Assembly: GCA_031371635.1 (NCBI GenBank)
Contig: JANMJZ010000008.1
Coordinates: 34 to 64,033 of the forward strand
DNA from: Sphingomonadales bacterium
Lineage (GTDB): Bacteria; Pseudomonadota; Alphaproteobacteria; Sphingomonadales; Sphingomonadaceae
Direction: 5' to 3'
Length of the DNA stretch: 64,000 nucleotides
Part shown: positions 47,272-56,555 of the stretch, one piece after another
Layout of the letters: the number at the start of each line of letters is the position of its first letter
How positions within the stretch are numbered: position 1 is the stretch's first letter
Translations under genes and position numbers: made by a program
The notes under the pieces: model-generated
Seen by the model: the letters and a program-made list of their open reading frames with translations, nothing else
The model's database searches: none
What the model was told of the DNA's origin: nothing

Positions 47272-47799
47272 TCAGATCCGTTTCGAGGCCGCAATGGCGA
47301 CGCGGCATCCCAGCCGGATCGCGGCGGTCATCAGGGGATAGGCGGGCGCGCGCTCGGCCCCGGCAGCCATCGCCGTCGCCTTGTGCTCGACCTCGTCTGC
47401 GCGAAAGTCGGCAATTGCCTCGGCGAGTTCGGGGTCCGAGCCACCGATTTCCTCGAGCTGCTCGCCATAATGTTTGTCGATCTCGGTCTCGATCGCCGCC
47501 GTGCAGGCCATTGCTGCCTCAGGCCCGATCAGCGCGGTCGCCATGCCCAGGCCATAGCCGGCCACGTTCCAGAACGGCTGGAGCAGGGTCGGGCGGACGC
47601 CGCGCCGGACGATCATCGCATCGAAATGATTGCGGTGGCGCTCTTCCTGCAGGGCCATCGCCGCAATCGACCGGGCCGCCGGGGTCCGCGTACCCATCAC
47701 CGCCAGCTGCCCGGCATAGATGCGGGTCGCGCCATATTCGCCCGCCTGGTCAACGCGCAGCATGGCATCGGTGTCGGGCTTCAGTCCGTCGGATTTCAT
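47272..47799 (-). CDS. coq7: demethoxyubiquinone hydroxylase (Coq7 family di-iron protein)
   Basis: 175 aa. VDQAGEYGATRIYAGQ plus ExxH-type motifs (QEERH, DEVEH). Confidence 0.85.
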   Translation of the reverse strand: MKSDGLKPDTDAMLRVDQAGEYGATRIYAGQLAVMGTRTPAARSIAAMALQEERHRNHFDAMIVRRGVRPTLLQPFWNVAGYGLGMATALIGPEAAMACTAAIETEIDKHYGEQLEEIGGSDPELAEAIADFRADEVEHKATAMAAGAERAPAYPLMTAAIRLGCRVAIAASKRI

Positions 47800-48254
47800 T
47801 TCGCTTTCCTCACAAGCGCCAAGATGGCGATGCCGCCTGCGATTGAAAAGAGCGCGTTGAACCCGGCCAGCGAAATACCGCCGAGCGTCCACTGCGCGGC
47901 GTCACACCGGATTAGCGGGGCGCGCATGATGTCCTGCAGGCTCGTCCCTGCGGCGGTCGAAGAACAGGTCGTGATCCCCTGCCACCAGTGATATTCGACC
48001 CCGGCGTGAAACACCCCGATCGCGCCTGACGTCAGCACGGCCAGCCCGGCCAGCGCGACCATCACGTTGCGCGCAGGCGGCTTTGCGACGAACGCCAGCA
48101 GCGCCAGCGCAATGGCGGCATAATGCGGCCAGCGCTGCCAGTGACACATCTCGCACGGGTAGAGCCCGCCGATGTATTGCGATCCCAGCGCGCCCGCCAT
48201 CAGCAGGCCGGGCACGGCAAGGGCAAGCGCATTGGCGCGGGCAAGCGGGCTCAA
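47796..48254 (-). CDS. dsbB: disulfide bond formation protein B family
   Basis: CEMCHWQRWPHY (the CxxC pair in the first periplasmic loop) and four TM helices. The TTG start is embedded in a TTGA overlap with the ctpA stop. Confidence 0.8.
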   Translation of the reverse strand: MSPLARANALALAVPGLLMAGALGSQYIGGLYPCEMCHWQRWPHYAAIALALLAFVAKPPARNVMVALAGLAVLTSGAIGVFHAGVEYHWWQGITTCSSTAAGTSLQDIMRAPLIRCDAAQWTLGGISLAGFNALFSIAGGIAILALVRKAK

Positions 48255-49579
48255 CGTCGCGCTGCCACCTTGGTCGCGCCGGGAAGGCTGGCCAGCCGCG
48301 AGATCGACTTGAGCGCATAGTCGAGCTGGAAGTCGGTGACGCCCTTGGCCTTCAGTTGTTCGGCGGTCATCGCAAAGCGCGGATCCGGCTTGGCGTCGTC
48401 CTCGAGCACCGAATTGTCGACCTTTGCCTCGTTGATCAGGTGGCGACGCAGATCGGCCTCACGGAACCGGGGCCGCGTCTTATAGTCGGGGTCCGACAGC
48501 TGCGGCACCTTCAGGTCGGGCTCGATCCCGCCTTCCTGCACGCTGCGGCCCGACGGCGTATAGTAGCGCGCGGTGGTGAGCCTGAGCGCGGTCGTGTCGT
48601 CGAGCGGGATCAGCGTCTGGACCGACCCCTTGCCGAAGCTGCGCTCGCCCATCACGAGGCCGCGATGATTGTCCTGGAGAGCGCCCGCGACGATCTCGGC
48701 TGCCGAGGCCGAGCCGCTGTCGACCAGCACCACGACGGGCAGGCCGTGCGCCGCATCTCCGGGTTTTGCGAAGTAGCGCTCGATGTCGCCCTTGCCACGT
48801 CCCCGCTGGGAAACGATCTCGCCGCGCTCGAGGAACTGGTCGCTGACCGAGATCGCCTCGTCCAGCAGTCCGCCCGGGTTCGAGCGCAGGTCGACGACAT
48901 AGCCGAGCGGCTGGCGGCCCAGCGCCTTGTCGATGCCCATCAGGGCGGCACGGACGCTCAGCCCGGTGTTCTTCGAGAAGGCGTTGATGTTGATATAGCC
49001 GACCTGACCCTTCACTTCCCACTTGACCGGCTTCAGCTCGATGACCTCGCGGGTCAGGGTTACGTCGAACGGCTTGTCACGTCCGCTGCGGACGATCGTC
49101 AGCTTGATCGTGCTGCCCGGCTTGCCCCGCATTTGCTCGACCGCCTCGTCCAGCGTGCCGCCGAAAATGAGGTTGCCGTTGAGGTGGGTGATGAAGTCGC
49201 CCGCCTTGATCCCCGCCCGGAATGCCGGTGTATCCTCGGTCGGCGTCACCACCTTGACCGCGCCGTCTTCCATCGTGACGGTCAGGCCCAGCCCGCCGTA
49301 ATTGCCGTCGGTCTGCGTCCGCATCTGTTCGAAATCGCGCGCGTCGAGATAGGACGAATGCGGGTCGAGCGACGCCAGCATACCGTCGATGGCACCCTTG
49401 ATCAGCTTCTTGTCGTCGGTCTTGTCGACATAGTCGGCCCGCACCCGCTCGAACACGGCCATGAAAGCGTCGAGTTCCTTGTAGGTCGAATTATCGACGG
49501 CAGCGAAGGTAGCTGTTGTGGCAGGAATAAAGGCAATCGCGGACACGGCGAGCAAAGCACGAAGAGGCAGGCGGGACAT
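48251..49579 (-). CDS. ctpA: S41-family carboxy-terminal processing peptidase
   Basis: 442 aa. Signal peptide, a PDZ region (GLGLTV..AGIKAGDFI), and the catalytic region VVLVDSGSASAAEIVAGALQD. Confidence 0.9.
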   Translation of the reverse strand: MSRLPLRALLAVSAIAFIPATTATFAAVDNSTYKELDAFMAVFERVRADYVDKTDDKKLIKGAIDGMLASLDPHSSYLDARDFEQMRTQTDGNYGGLGLTVTMEDGAVKVVTPTEDTPAFRAGIKAGDFITHLNGNLIFGGTLDEAVEQMRGKPGSTIKLTIVRSGRDKPFDVTLTREVIELKPVKWEVKGQVGYININAFSKNTGLSVRAALMGIDKALGRQPLGYVVDLRSNPGGLLDEAISVSDQFLERGEIVSQRGRGKGDIERYFAKPGDAAHGLPVVVLVDSGSASAAEIVAGALQDNHRGLVMGERSFGKGSVQTLIPLDDTTALRLTTARYYTPSGRSVQEGGIEPDLKVPQLSDPDYKTRPRFREADLRRHLINEAKVDNSVLEDDAKPDPRFAMTAEQLKAKGVTDFQLDYALKSISRLASLPGATKVAARR

Positions 49580-49635
49580 GGCAAATCCTTGGAGTCTGGG
49601 GCGAAGGATAGCGCGGGCAGGGGGCCGGGGTAAAG

Positions 49636-50811
49636 CTACCCTGCAAGCCTTGCGATATCCACCGGTGTCCCGCGGCGGCGCAACTCGACCGTGATCGTCG
49701 GCCGGTCGGGCCCGGCCCGGCCGATGGGCGCGCCAGCGTCGACCGTGTCCCCCACCTTTACGTCGAGTGCGGCCAGGCTCGTCAGCAATGTCGTCCAGCC
49801 CAGACCATGGTCAATGACGACGATATTGCCATAGCCGCGAAACGGCCCCGCGAAAGCGATGCGGCCGGTCGTCGGGGCGACAACCTGAGCGCCCGCGCGC
49901 GTCGCGATCGTCAGCCCTCGAGCCCGCACGCCCGCGTCGGAAATCTCACCGAGGCCGGTGACGACCTGGCCGACGACCGGCAGCCGGTAAGCGGGAATCA
50001 CGGCAGTCGCAACGGCGGTGTCGGTCGGCAGGCTGCGGGCCGCCGATGGCTGGGCAGGGCGAAGCATTGGCCCGGGCAGTGCTTCGAGGCGGGCACGCAG
50101 CGCGTTTGCGTTGTCGATGCCGCTCATCAGCTGGGTAATATCGCGTGCCTCCTCGCCCTTGGCGATCGCACGGTCCTGTTCCGTCAGCGCGCCGCTGGCA
50201 AAACGAGACGAGTCGATCCGTTTGCGCGCTTCGAGCGCAACGAGTTGCTGACGCTGCGAGATCAGACGTGCCTGCGCCGTCCGTTCGGTGGCAAGGGCTC
50301 CGTCGGCGGCGGCACGCAGCGCCCGGCCGCGCTCTACGTCGGCGCGCAGGTCTGCCGTTCGGGCCTGAACCACGGGCATCACCGAAGCGAGCACGGCATG
50401 AACATGGACGATGTCCCGCACCGAGCCGGGCTGCAAAAGCGCCAGCACTGGCGGCCGGCGTGCCATGGTCTGCAGTGCCGCCACAAGACGCACCGTGGGC
50501 TGCTGCTTCTCGGCGAGGCGGGCACGCTGCGCTGCGCGCAAACGCTCGATGACGGCTACACGCGCTTCAGCCGCATCGATATCAGCCTCTGCGGACTGGA
50601 TGCGTGCGGCAACGGCCGTGGCGGATGCGCGGAGTTTGGCCGCCTCGCTGCTGGCCGAATTCGCGGCGGTTTCAAGGCTTGCCGCCCGCGCGGCGGCGCT
50701 GCGTGCCGCCCGCTGCGCCCGATCGAGCGCCGCACGCTCTGATTGCAGGTCCTGCGCCGCTGCCCCTGCCGCCAGCAGCGCCAGCAGAGCGGGGGCCAAG
50801 GTGCGCTTCAA
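49636..50811 (-). CDS. coiled-coil + degenerate M23/LytM domain protein (EnvC-like murein hydrolase activator)
   Basis: Signal peptide KRTLAPALLALLAAGAAAQ, a long Ala/Arg/Gln-rich coiled coil and a C-terminal LytM-like domain (..GNIVVIDHGLGWTTLL..). The proposed TTG start at 50811 overlaps the upstream stop. Confidence 0.7.
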   Translation of the reverse strand: MKRTLAPALLALLAAGAAAQDLQSERAALDRAQRAARSAAARAASLETAANSASSEAAKLRASATAVAARIQSAEADIDAAEARVAVIERLRAAQRARLAEKQQPTVRLVAALQTMARRPPVLALLQPGSVRDIVHVHAVLASVMPVVQARTADLRADVERGRALRAAADGALATERTAQARLISQRQQLVALEARKRIDSSRFASGALTEQDRAIAKGEEARDITQLMSGIDNANALRARLEALPGPMLRPAQPSAARSLPTDTAVATAVIPAYRLPVVGQVVTGLGEISDAGVRARGLTIATRAGAQVVAPTTGRIAFAGPFRGYGNIVVIDHGLGWTTLLTSLAALDVKVGDTVDAGAPIGRAGPDRPTITVELRRRGTPVDIARLAG

Positions 50812-51293
50812 AGGGCGCCCCCGAGCAGCTTGCCGAACTTCTCCTCGAATCCCGCCACGTCCCCGGCCTCGAGCAACCGGGCCTGCTCCACCCAATTGTC
50901 CCGGACGACGCGTCCGGAGAAGACACCAAGCCGGGCATCGACCGCGGCAACATCCTCCTGCGACCAAGCGGCGATTTGAGCGTAGTTCGTGATGCCCATG
51001 TCCATGAGCGTTCTTGCCAGCTTCGGTCCGACGCCTTTCAAACGCAACAGGTCGTCGGGCTCGACGTCGGGACCCAGGTTGACGGGGAACGGCAAGGGCA
51101 CCGCCGGCGAGCCGCCGCTCTCTGCCGAACTGTCACGCCGCATCCGGGCGAGGGTCTGCGTCGTGCTCTGGCCGATTTCGATCGGGGGCAAATCAACGTG
51201 GCGGCGCGAACTGAGGATCCAGAAACCCGTGGCAGCCCCGATGATCGCCACGATCGCGAGCAATACCCAGTAAGAGGCAATGAGGTCGGCCAT
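50808..51293 (-). CDS. membrane-anchored protein with C-terminal helix-hairpin-helix-like module, function unknown
   Basis: N-terminal TM helix (YWVLLAIVAIIGAATGFWIL) and C-terminal LLRLKGVGPKLARTLMDMGITNYAQIAAW..RDNWVEQARLL. Confidence 0.6.
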   Translation of the reverse strand: MADLIASYWVLLAIVAIIGAATGFWILSSRRHVDLPPIEIGQSTTQTLARMRRDSSAESGGSPAVPLPFPVNLGPDVEPDDLLRLKGVGPKLARTLMDMGITNYAQIAAWSQEDVAAVDARLGVFSGRVVRDNWVEQARLLEAGDVAGFEEKFGKLLGGAL

Positions 51294-51336
51294 TTTTACG
51301 CTTTCGAAGATTTAATTGGCGATAGGGACTGGCTGG

Positions 51337-51438
51337 TCAGTAAAGCGCCTTGCCGAACTTCCAAATCAACCATGACCCGGCGAGCCCCATTAGAAACGCG
51401 GCAATAGTCAATGCAAGTACTTCGGTCCATAAGTCCAT
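51337..51438 (-). CDS. 33-aa single-TM micro-protein (below ORF-track cutoff)
   Basis: ATG at 51438 lies one nt after the TAG of the BON-domain gene. The translation is MDLWTEVLALTIAAFLMGLAGSWLIWKFGKALY, followed by TGA. Confidence 0.35.
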   Translation of the reverse strand: MDLWTEVLALTIAAFLMGLAGSWLIWKFGKALY

Positions 51439-51439
51439 G

Positions 51440-51826
51440 CTATCGTTTGCCCACCGATGGGGTTGTGAGCGAACGGCCATAAGTCACCGACTGTGCCGCC
51501 CCGATGCCCCCCTCGATACCCGACGTGTAGCTGCTCGGCCCGGTTACGTCCGTTGACCAGCGCACGTCGGCGACACCGGAAACATTCCGGGAAACTCGCA
51601 TAGCGGCCAGACGATCGCTGGCCGAGACCTTCCCCGACAGGATCACGGCCCGCTGCAGGGTGGGTGCGTCCTGAACCGCAACATCGACATCGCCAAGTTG
51701 GCGCGCATCAAGATCGGCGCGCACACGCTGTCGCAGATTGTCGACGTATCGCCGGCCAAATCCCATCGGCCCGAATACCAAAGCGGTAGACAGGACTGCC
51801 AGGCAGCCACCAGTCGCCAATTTCAT
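51440..51826 (-). CDS. BON-domain protein
   Basis: ..VDVAVQDAPTLQRAVILSGKVSASDRLAAMRVSRNVSGVADVRW.. is a BON domain pattern. The start is ATG 51826 (MKLATGGCLAVLSTALVFG) or ATG 51931. Confidence 0.65.
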   Translation of the reverse strand: MKLATGGCLAVLSTALVFGPMGFGRRYVDNLRQRVRADLDARQLGDVDVAVQDAPTLQRAVILSGKVSASDRLAAMRVSRNVSGVADVRWSTDVTGPSSYTSGIEGGIGAAQSVTYGRSLTTPSVGKR

Positions 51827-51943
51827 GAGTTCTTGCCGGTTCAACTGCGCCTCATCTTTCGCAGACCGTGTAGAGCCAAAAACGTTAGCAGCAAGTAACA
51901 ATTCCTTATTCGCTGTAAATAATCCAAGCAATGAGGGTGGATA

Positions 51944-53218
51944 TCAAAGTCTCTGACGGGAAAGTTCGCGCCAACCTATGTCGAGGCGACAATAGCCGTC
52001 CTCATAATCGATTGTCGCAAGTCTCTTGTATGCACGATCCCGAGCCTCTCTCAGCGAAGCGCCGATGCCCGTAACCGCAAGGACGCGCCCCCCGGACGCA
52101 ACGCAGATCCCGTTTTTCGCCGACATACCAGCGATATATACAATCGAGTCGTCTTCGGAGGTCACGGGTATGACCACCTGGCCCCCAAGCACAGGCGCGG
52201 CCGGATATCCGCGACCTGCAAGTATAACGGTCAGTGTTGCAACCGCGTCGAACGTCGGCACACTGACCCCGGCAAGATCGCCCGATGCGGCTGCCAGCAT
52301 CAGCGCGGCAAGGTCGCCCTTAAACCGCGGCATCAGCGCTTGTGTCTCAGGATCGCCGAAACGGGCGTTGTATTCGATAAGTTGCGGCCCGTCCGCCGTC
52401 AGCATGAGGCCTGCGTACAGCACCCCCACAAAGGGTGTTCCGGCTGCAGTCATCGCGGCAACGGTCGGCCGCAGGATCTCGTCCATCGCCCGTTGCTCGA
52501 GCTCGGGGGTCAGCACGCTGGCCGGGCTATACGCGCCCATCCCCCCTGTATTGGGACCGGTATCGCCTTCGCCGATGCGCTTGTGGTCCTGCGCGGTGCC
52601 GAAAGGGACCACGGTGGTGCCGTCGGTGATCGCAAACAGGCTGACTTCTTCGCCTACGAGGAACGCCTCGATTACCACCGCATAGCCGGCGGTGCCGAAA
52701 GACCCGTCGAACATTTCGCAGACAGCAGCGGACGCCTCGTCGTGCGTTTCAGCGATCACCACGCCCTTTCCAGCGGCCAGTCCGTCAGCTTTAATCACCA
52801 CCGGCAGGCCGAAGTCCGACAGGCCGGCAAGGGCAGCGTCCCGATCGACGAATTTCTTGTAGGCGGCCGTCGGGATGCCCGCCATCGCACAGAGGTCCTT
52901 TGTGAAGCCCTTTGACCCTTCCAGCCGGGCAGCGGCGCGACTGGGGCCGAAAGTCGCTATGCCAGCGGCGGTGAGACTGTCGGCAATACCATCGACCAGC
53001 GGCCCCTCCGGTCCAACCACGACCAGACCGACCTCATTGCCCTGGCAAAAGGATACGACTGCGGCATGATCGGTCAGATCGAGCCCGACCAGTTCGGCAT
53101 GCGAGGCGATGCCCGGATTGCCCGGCGCGGCGTAGAGTTTATCGCAGGTCGGCGATTGCGCCAGCTTCCACGCCAGCGCATGTTCACGTCCGCCCCCGCC
53201 GATCAGCAGGATGTTCAT
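51944..53218 (-). CDS. purD: phosphoribosylamine-glycine ligase
   Basis: MNILLIGGGGREHALAWKL at the ATG at 53218. An ATP-grasp body follows. 424 aa. Confidence 0.95.
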   Translation of the reverse strand: MNILLIGGGGREHALAWKLAQSPTCDKLYAAPGNPGIASHAELVGLDLTDHAAVVSFCQGNEVGLVVVGPEGPLVDGIADSLTAAGIATFGPSRAAARLEGSKGFTKDLCAMAGIPTAAYKKFVDRDAALAGLSDFGLPVVIKADGLAAGKGVVIAETHDEASAAVCEMFDGSFGTAGYAVVIEAFLVGEEVSLFAITDGTTVVPFGTAQDHKRIGEGDTGPNTGGMGAYSPASVLTPELEQRAMDEILRPTVAAMTAAGTPFVGVLYAGLMLTADGPQLIEYNARFGDPETQALMPRFKGDLAALMLAAASGDLAGVSVPTFDAVATLTVILAGRGYPAAPVLGGQVVIPVTSEDDSIVYIAGMSAKNGICVASGGRVLAVTGIGASLREARDRAYKRLATIDYEDGYCRLDIGWRELSRQRL

Positions 53219-54683
53219 GCCCGACCCCCAAGAATTGGAAAACAGCGCGCTGCTAGCCGACAGCGGCCCCGGCGACAATTCCGCGCCGTTCACGGTGACA
53301 GAATTATCGGGGCGTCTGAAGCGCTATGTCGAGGACGGGTTCGGCCATGTGCGCGTACGTGGCGAGCTTTCCGGCTGGAAGCGGGTCGCATCGGGCCATT
53401 GCTATATGGCCCTGAAGGATGACGGCGCCGCCCTCGATGGCGTCATGTGGAAGATGGCAGCCGGGCGCCTTGCCTTTGCCCCGACCGATGGCGTGGAGGT
53501 GATCGCGACCGGCAAGCTGACGACCTATCCCGGCCGGTCGAAATACCAGATCATTATCGACCGCATGGAGCTCGCAGGTGAGGGGGCGATGCTGGCGCTG
53601 CTGGACAAGCTCAAGGCGCGGCTGGCGGCAGAGGGACTGTTCGCACTGGACCGCAAGCGGCCCTTGCCCTTCCTGCCACAAGTCATTGGGGTGGTCACGT
53701 CGCCGACAGGTGCTGTAATCCGCGACATCCTGCATCGCCTCGCCGATCGGTTCCCCACGCAGGTCGTGGTTTGGCCGGTGCTTGTCCAGGGCAATGGTGC
53801 TGCCGAGCAGGTGTCGCGCGCGGTAGCCGGTTTCTCCCAAATGGTGGCCGGCGGCCCGGTGCCGCGACCGGACCTCGTTATCGTCGCGCGTGGCGGTGGG
53901 TCTGTGGAAGACTTGTGGTCTTTCAATGACGAGGCGGTGGTGCGGGCCGTTGCTGACTGCACAATCCCCGTGATTTCCGCGGTGGGCCATGAAACCGATA
54001 CGACGTTGTGCGATTTCGCGGCGGACGTGCGCGCGCCGACGCCAACCGCGGCGGCCGAGATGGCCGTGCCGGTCCGTCGGGAACTGCTCGCTGTGATCGA
54101 GGCGCTGGGTGCCCGCACGCTGCGCTGCGCGCATCGTTATCGGGAGCGCGGCAGTGAGCGACTGGCGTCGGTTCAGGCGCATTTCCCAGCCCCGGACACT
54201 TTGCTCGCCAGCCAGCGCCAGCGCACTGACGAACTCGGTGAACGCTTGCGGCGCGGGCTTGGAAAGTCGCTGGCTGATGCGCGCGGAGACCTTGCCCATG
54301 CGTCGGCTGCGTTACGGCCAGCGTTACTGTTGGCGCGGATCGAAAGGTCGCGTATGCGACTGAATTCCGGGCGTTTCGATCTTCGCCTCGTCGCCCGCCC
54401 GCTGGCAGAGGCGCGCGACCGGCTCGACCGGTTATGGCGTATCGCAGAGTCGCTGAACCCCGACATGGTGCTGAAGCGTGGCTACGCAAGAATCGAGAGC
54501 CGCAGCGGTGGGTCAATCGTGACGACCGCTGACGCCCGCCAGGAACAGGCGCTGACCCTCGTGCTCGCCGACGGTCGCGTCGACGTGCGGGTTGAGCAAG
54601 GCGGCAGCGATAGTTATCTTGCGCCTAGGCCGCCGCGGGCACGCCCTGTCCGTGACGTGCCCGGCCAAGGTAGCCTGCTTTAG
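53211..54683 (+). CDS. xseA: exodeoxyribonuclease VII large subunit
   Basis: ..FTVTELSGRLKRYVEDGFGHVRVRGELSG..SGHCYMALKD (OB fold), ..VVTSPTGAVIRDI.., ..ARGGGSVEDLW.., ..ISAVGHETD... The start is ATG 53211, ATG 53217 or TTG 53235. Confidence 0.9.
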   Translation: MFMPDPQELENSALLADSGPGDNSAPFTVTELSGRLKRYVEDGFGHVRVRGELSGWKRVASGHCYMALKDDGAALDGVMWKMAAGRLAFAPTDGVEVIATGKLTTYPGRSKYQIIIDRMELAGEGAMLALLDKLKARLAAEGLFALDRKRPLPFLPQVIGVVTSPTGAVIRDILHRLADRFPTQVVVWPVLVQGNGAAEQVSRAVAGFSQMVAGGPVPRPDLVIVARGGGSVEDLWSFNDEAVVRAVADCTIPVISAVGHETDTTLCDFAADVRAPTPTAAAEMAVPVRRELLAVIEALGARTLRCAHRYRERGSERLASVQAHFPAPDTLLASQRQRTDELGERLRRGLGKSLADARGDLAHASAALRPALLLARIERSRMRLNSGRFDLRLVARPLAEARDRLDRLWRIAESLNPDMVLKRGYARIESRSGGSIVTTADARQEQALTLVLADGRVDVRVEQGGSDSYLAPRPPRARPVRDVPGQGSLL

Positions 54684-54695
54684 CAAACACAAGGC

Positions 54696-54905
54696 GTGAA
54701 CATGTTGATGTCTCCCTCGGGTCGCCTCGCGCGGCTGCATTATATGGCGAACGGTTTCCGCGTAATTGCGCCAGGGGACCATGTGCTGTGCGCCGTCAGT
54801 GGTGAGCGCATTGCCATCGAAGATCTGCGCTATTGGAGCGTCTCCCGGCAGGAGCCTTATGCAAGCGCCACGATCGCTACTCGGGCGCTGTCCGCTGACT
54901 CCTGA
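54696..54905 (+). CDS. small conserved protein (resembles DUF2093)
   Basis: 69 aa. ..ARLHYMANGFRVIAPGDHVLCAVSGERIAIEDLRYWSVSRQEPY... Confidence 0.6.
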   Translation: MNMLMSPSGRLARLHYMANGFRVIAPGDHVLCAVSGERIAIEDLRYWSVSRQEPYASATIATRALSADS

Positions 54906-55827
54906 TGGCGTGATCGGCGTGCGCCTCTGCAGTGCTGCTGCAGCAGTCGCCGCACTTGCCGGTTGTCTGGGAGCGCCTGCGGTCCGGCTGGCGACCGCGG
55001 CCACGCCGCCGCCGGTGCATGTGGCGCCGCCCGCCCATCCGGCTCTGCTCAGCGAAGAACGAATCGGACCGATCATCTTGACGGGAAATGCCGTTCAGGG
55101 CGGCATCCTGCTCGGGCAGCTCGCCCGGGGTACCACAAGTCTCACGCTCGACGGCCAGCCGGTGCGGGTCGCAGAGGATGGGCAGTTCATTATCGGATTC
55201 AGCAGCGACGCGCCGGTAGCATCGGTTCTTCGTGCGAAGAACCGTGACGGGCGCGCCGTCGAACTGCCTCTGAAGGTCGAGCCGCGCGCCTGGCGTGTCG
55301 AGACGATTGCCGGCCTGCCCCGCTTTGCCCAGCCGTCGGCCGAGTTCGCCCGCCTGCGCCCTCCCGAACTCGCCCGGATCGAGGCTGCCCGCCGCATAGA
55401 CGGTGGCGCAGGGGGATGGCGACAGCGCTTTATGTGGCCCGTGCAGGGCCGCATTTCGGGCCTTTTCGGTTCGAGCCGCATCTATGCCAATGGCGAAAAG
55501 GGCGCACCGCACGCCGGCGTCGACGTCGCCCAGCCCACCGGAACGCCCGTGCTTGCCCCCGCCGACGGCGTCGTCATCCTGGCAGCCGAGAAGCCCTTTA
55601 CGCTCGAAGGCAATCTGTTGATGATCGACCATGGCATGGGGCTGAACAGTGCTTTCCTTCACCTGTCGCGGATCGACGTGAAGCCCGGCGAGCGCGTACG
55701 TCAGGGGCAACAGATCGGTGCCGTGGGCATGACGGGCCGCGCGTCCGGCCCGCATCTCCACTGGGGAATGAAGTGGCTCGACCGGCGGATCGACCCGCTG
55801 CTGCTCGCGGGGCCGATGCCCGGGTAG
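54859..55827 (+). CDS. M23-family metallopeptidase lipoprotein
   Basis: ATG at 54859 after AGGAG. Lipobox ALAGC. HAGVDVAQPTGTPVLAPADG, ..AFLHLS.., GPHLHWG. It overlaps the preceding small ORF by 47 nt. Confidence 0.85.
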   Translation: MQAPRSLLGRCPLTPDGVIGVRLCSAAAAVAALAGCLGAPAVRLATAATPPPVHVAPPAHPALLSEERIGPIILTGNAVQGGILLGQLARGTTSLTLDGQPVRVAEDGQFIIGFSSDAPVASVLRAKNRDGRAVELPLKVEPRAWRVETIAGLPRFAQPSAEFARLRPPELARIEAARRIDGGAGGWRQRFMWPVQGRISGLFGSSRIYANGEKGAPHAGVDVAQPTGTPVLAPADGVVILAAEKPFTLEGNLLMIDHGMGLNSAFLHLSRIDVKPGERVRQGQQIGAVGMTGRASGPHLHWGMKWLDRRIDPLLLAGPMPG

Positions 55828-55830
55828 GGG

Positions 55831-56361
55831 TCAGCCAATTCGCTTGGCCTGTACCCGCCCTCCCTTTTCGACGGTGACGAAGAAGCCGCCGAGCGAACCG
55901 CGCTCGATCAGCACCTTGCGGCCGGCCGCCGGGTCGCTGAAGCGCATGCTTGCCTCGACCGTTTCCCAGACCGCGCCACCCTCGACGGTAAAACGCCACT
56001 TGCCATAGCCGATTTCGCGCGCGCTCGTGATGACGGTGCTGAGTTCCTTTTCGTCGGCCGCGTCCTCGGCATTACCGGGTTTGCCCGACAGGAAATCGAT
56101 GCGCGGCAGGGTGAAACCGAAGAGCCCCTTTCGGGCCTTGCGGACCTCCGCACGCTCCACGATCACGACATCGCCGCTGGCTGTCGCTGCGCTGAGCGCA
56201 TCGACGGCGCGATCATAGCAGGCCAGTCGGGCAGCCGCATCGGTAACCGTACGACAGGCCTGAAGGGCTGTCACCGACTTCGCGGATGCCGCTGGCGGCG
56301 CGGCGCCGATGGCGGGAAGGGCGATTACAGCGGCTAGGGCGGGCAGCAGGAAGCGCTTCAT
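55831..56361 (-). CDS. secreted protein, function unknown
   Basis: MKRFLLPALAAVIALPAIGAAPPAASA is a signal peptide. 176 aa. Confidence 0.6.
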   Translation of the reverse strand: MKRFLLPALAAVIALPAIGAAPPAASAKSVTALQACRTVTDAAARLACYDRAVDALSAATASGDVVIVERAEVRKARKGLFGFTLPRIDFLSGKPGNAEDAADEKELSTVITSAREIGYGKWRFTVEGGAVWETVEASMRFSDPAAGRKVLIERGSLGGFFVTVEKGGRVQAKRIG

Positions 56362-56535
56362 CGGGACGATCTCTCCAAACTCATTGGTCCGCACCATGTC
56401 CCAGGGTCGTGGCGATGACAAACCTGTGTCACAAATGCAACAATCGCCGATCAAAGCGGTTCAATCCGTACGCGCAACGTTGCATTGCGATCGCCCATCC
56501 CCGTAGAGACCGCATATCTGGCGGATCCTTCTGCC

Positions 56536-56555
56536 CGTTTTTGCGTGCGAAAACG
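56536..56555. promoter_or_regulatory. inverted repeat CGTTTT-N8-AAAACG in the TonB-dependent receptor leader
   Basis: Read directly from the sequence, about 60 nt upstream of the receptor ATG. A 10-bp palindrome GCAACGTTGC lies at 56474-56483. Confidence 0.25.
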
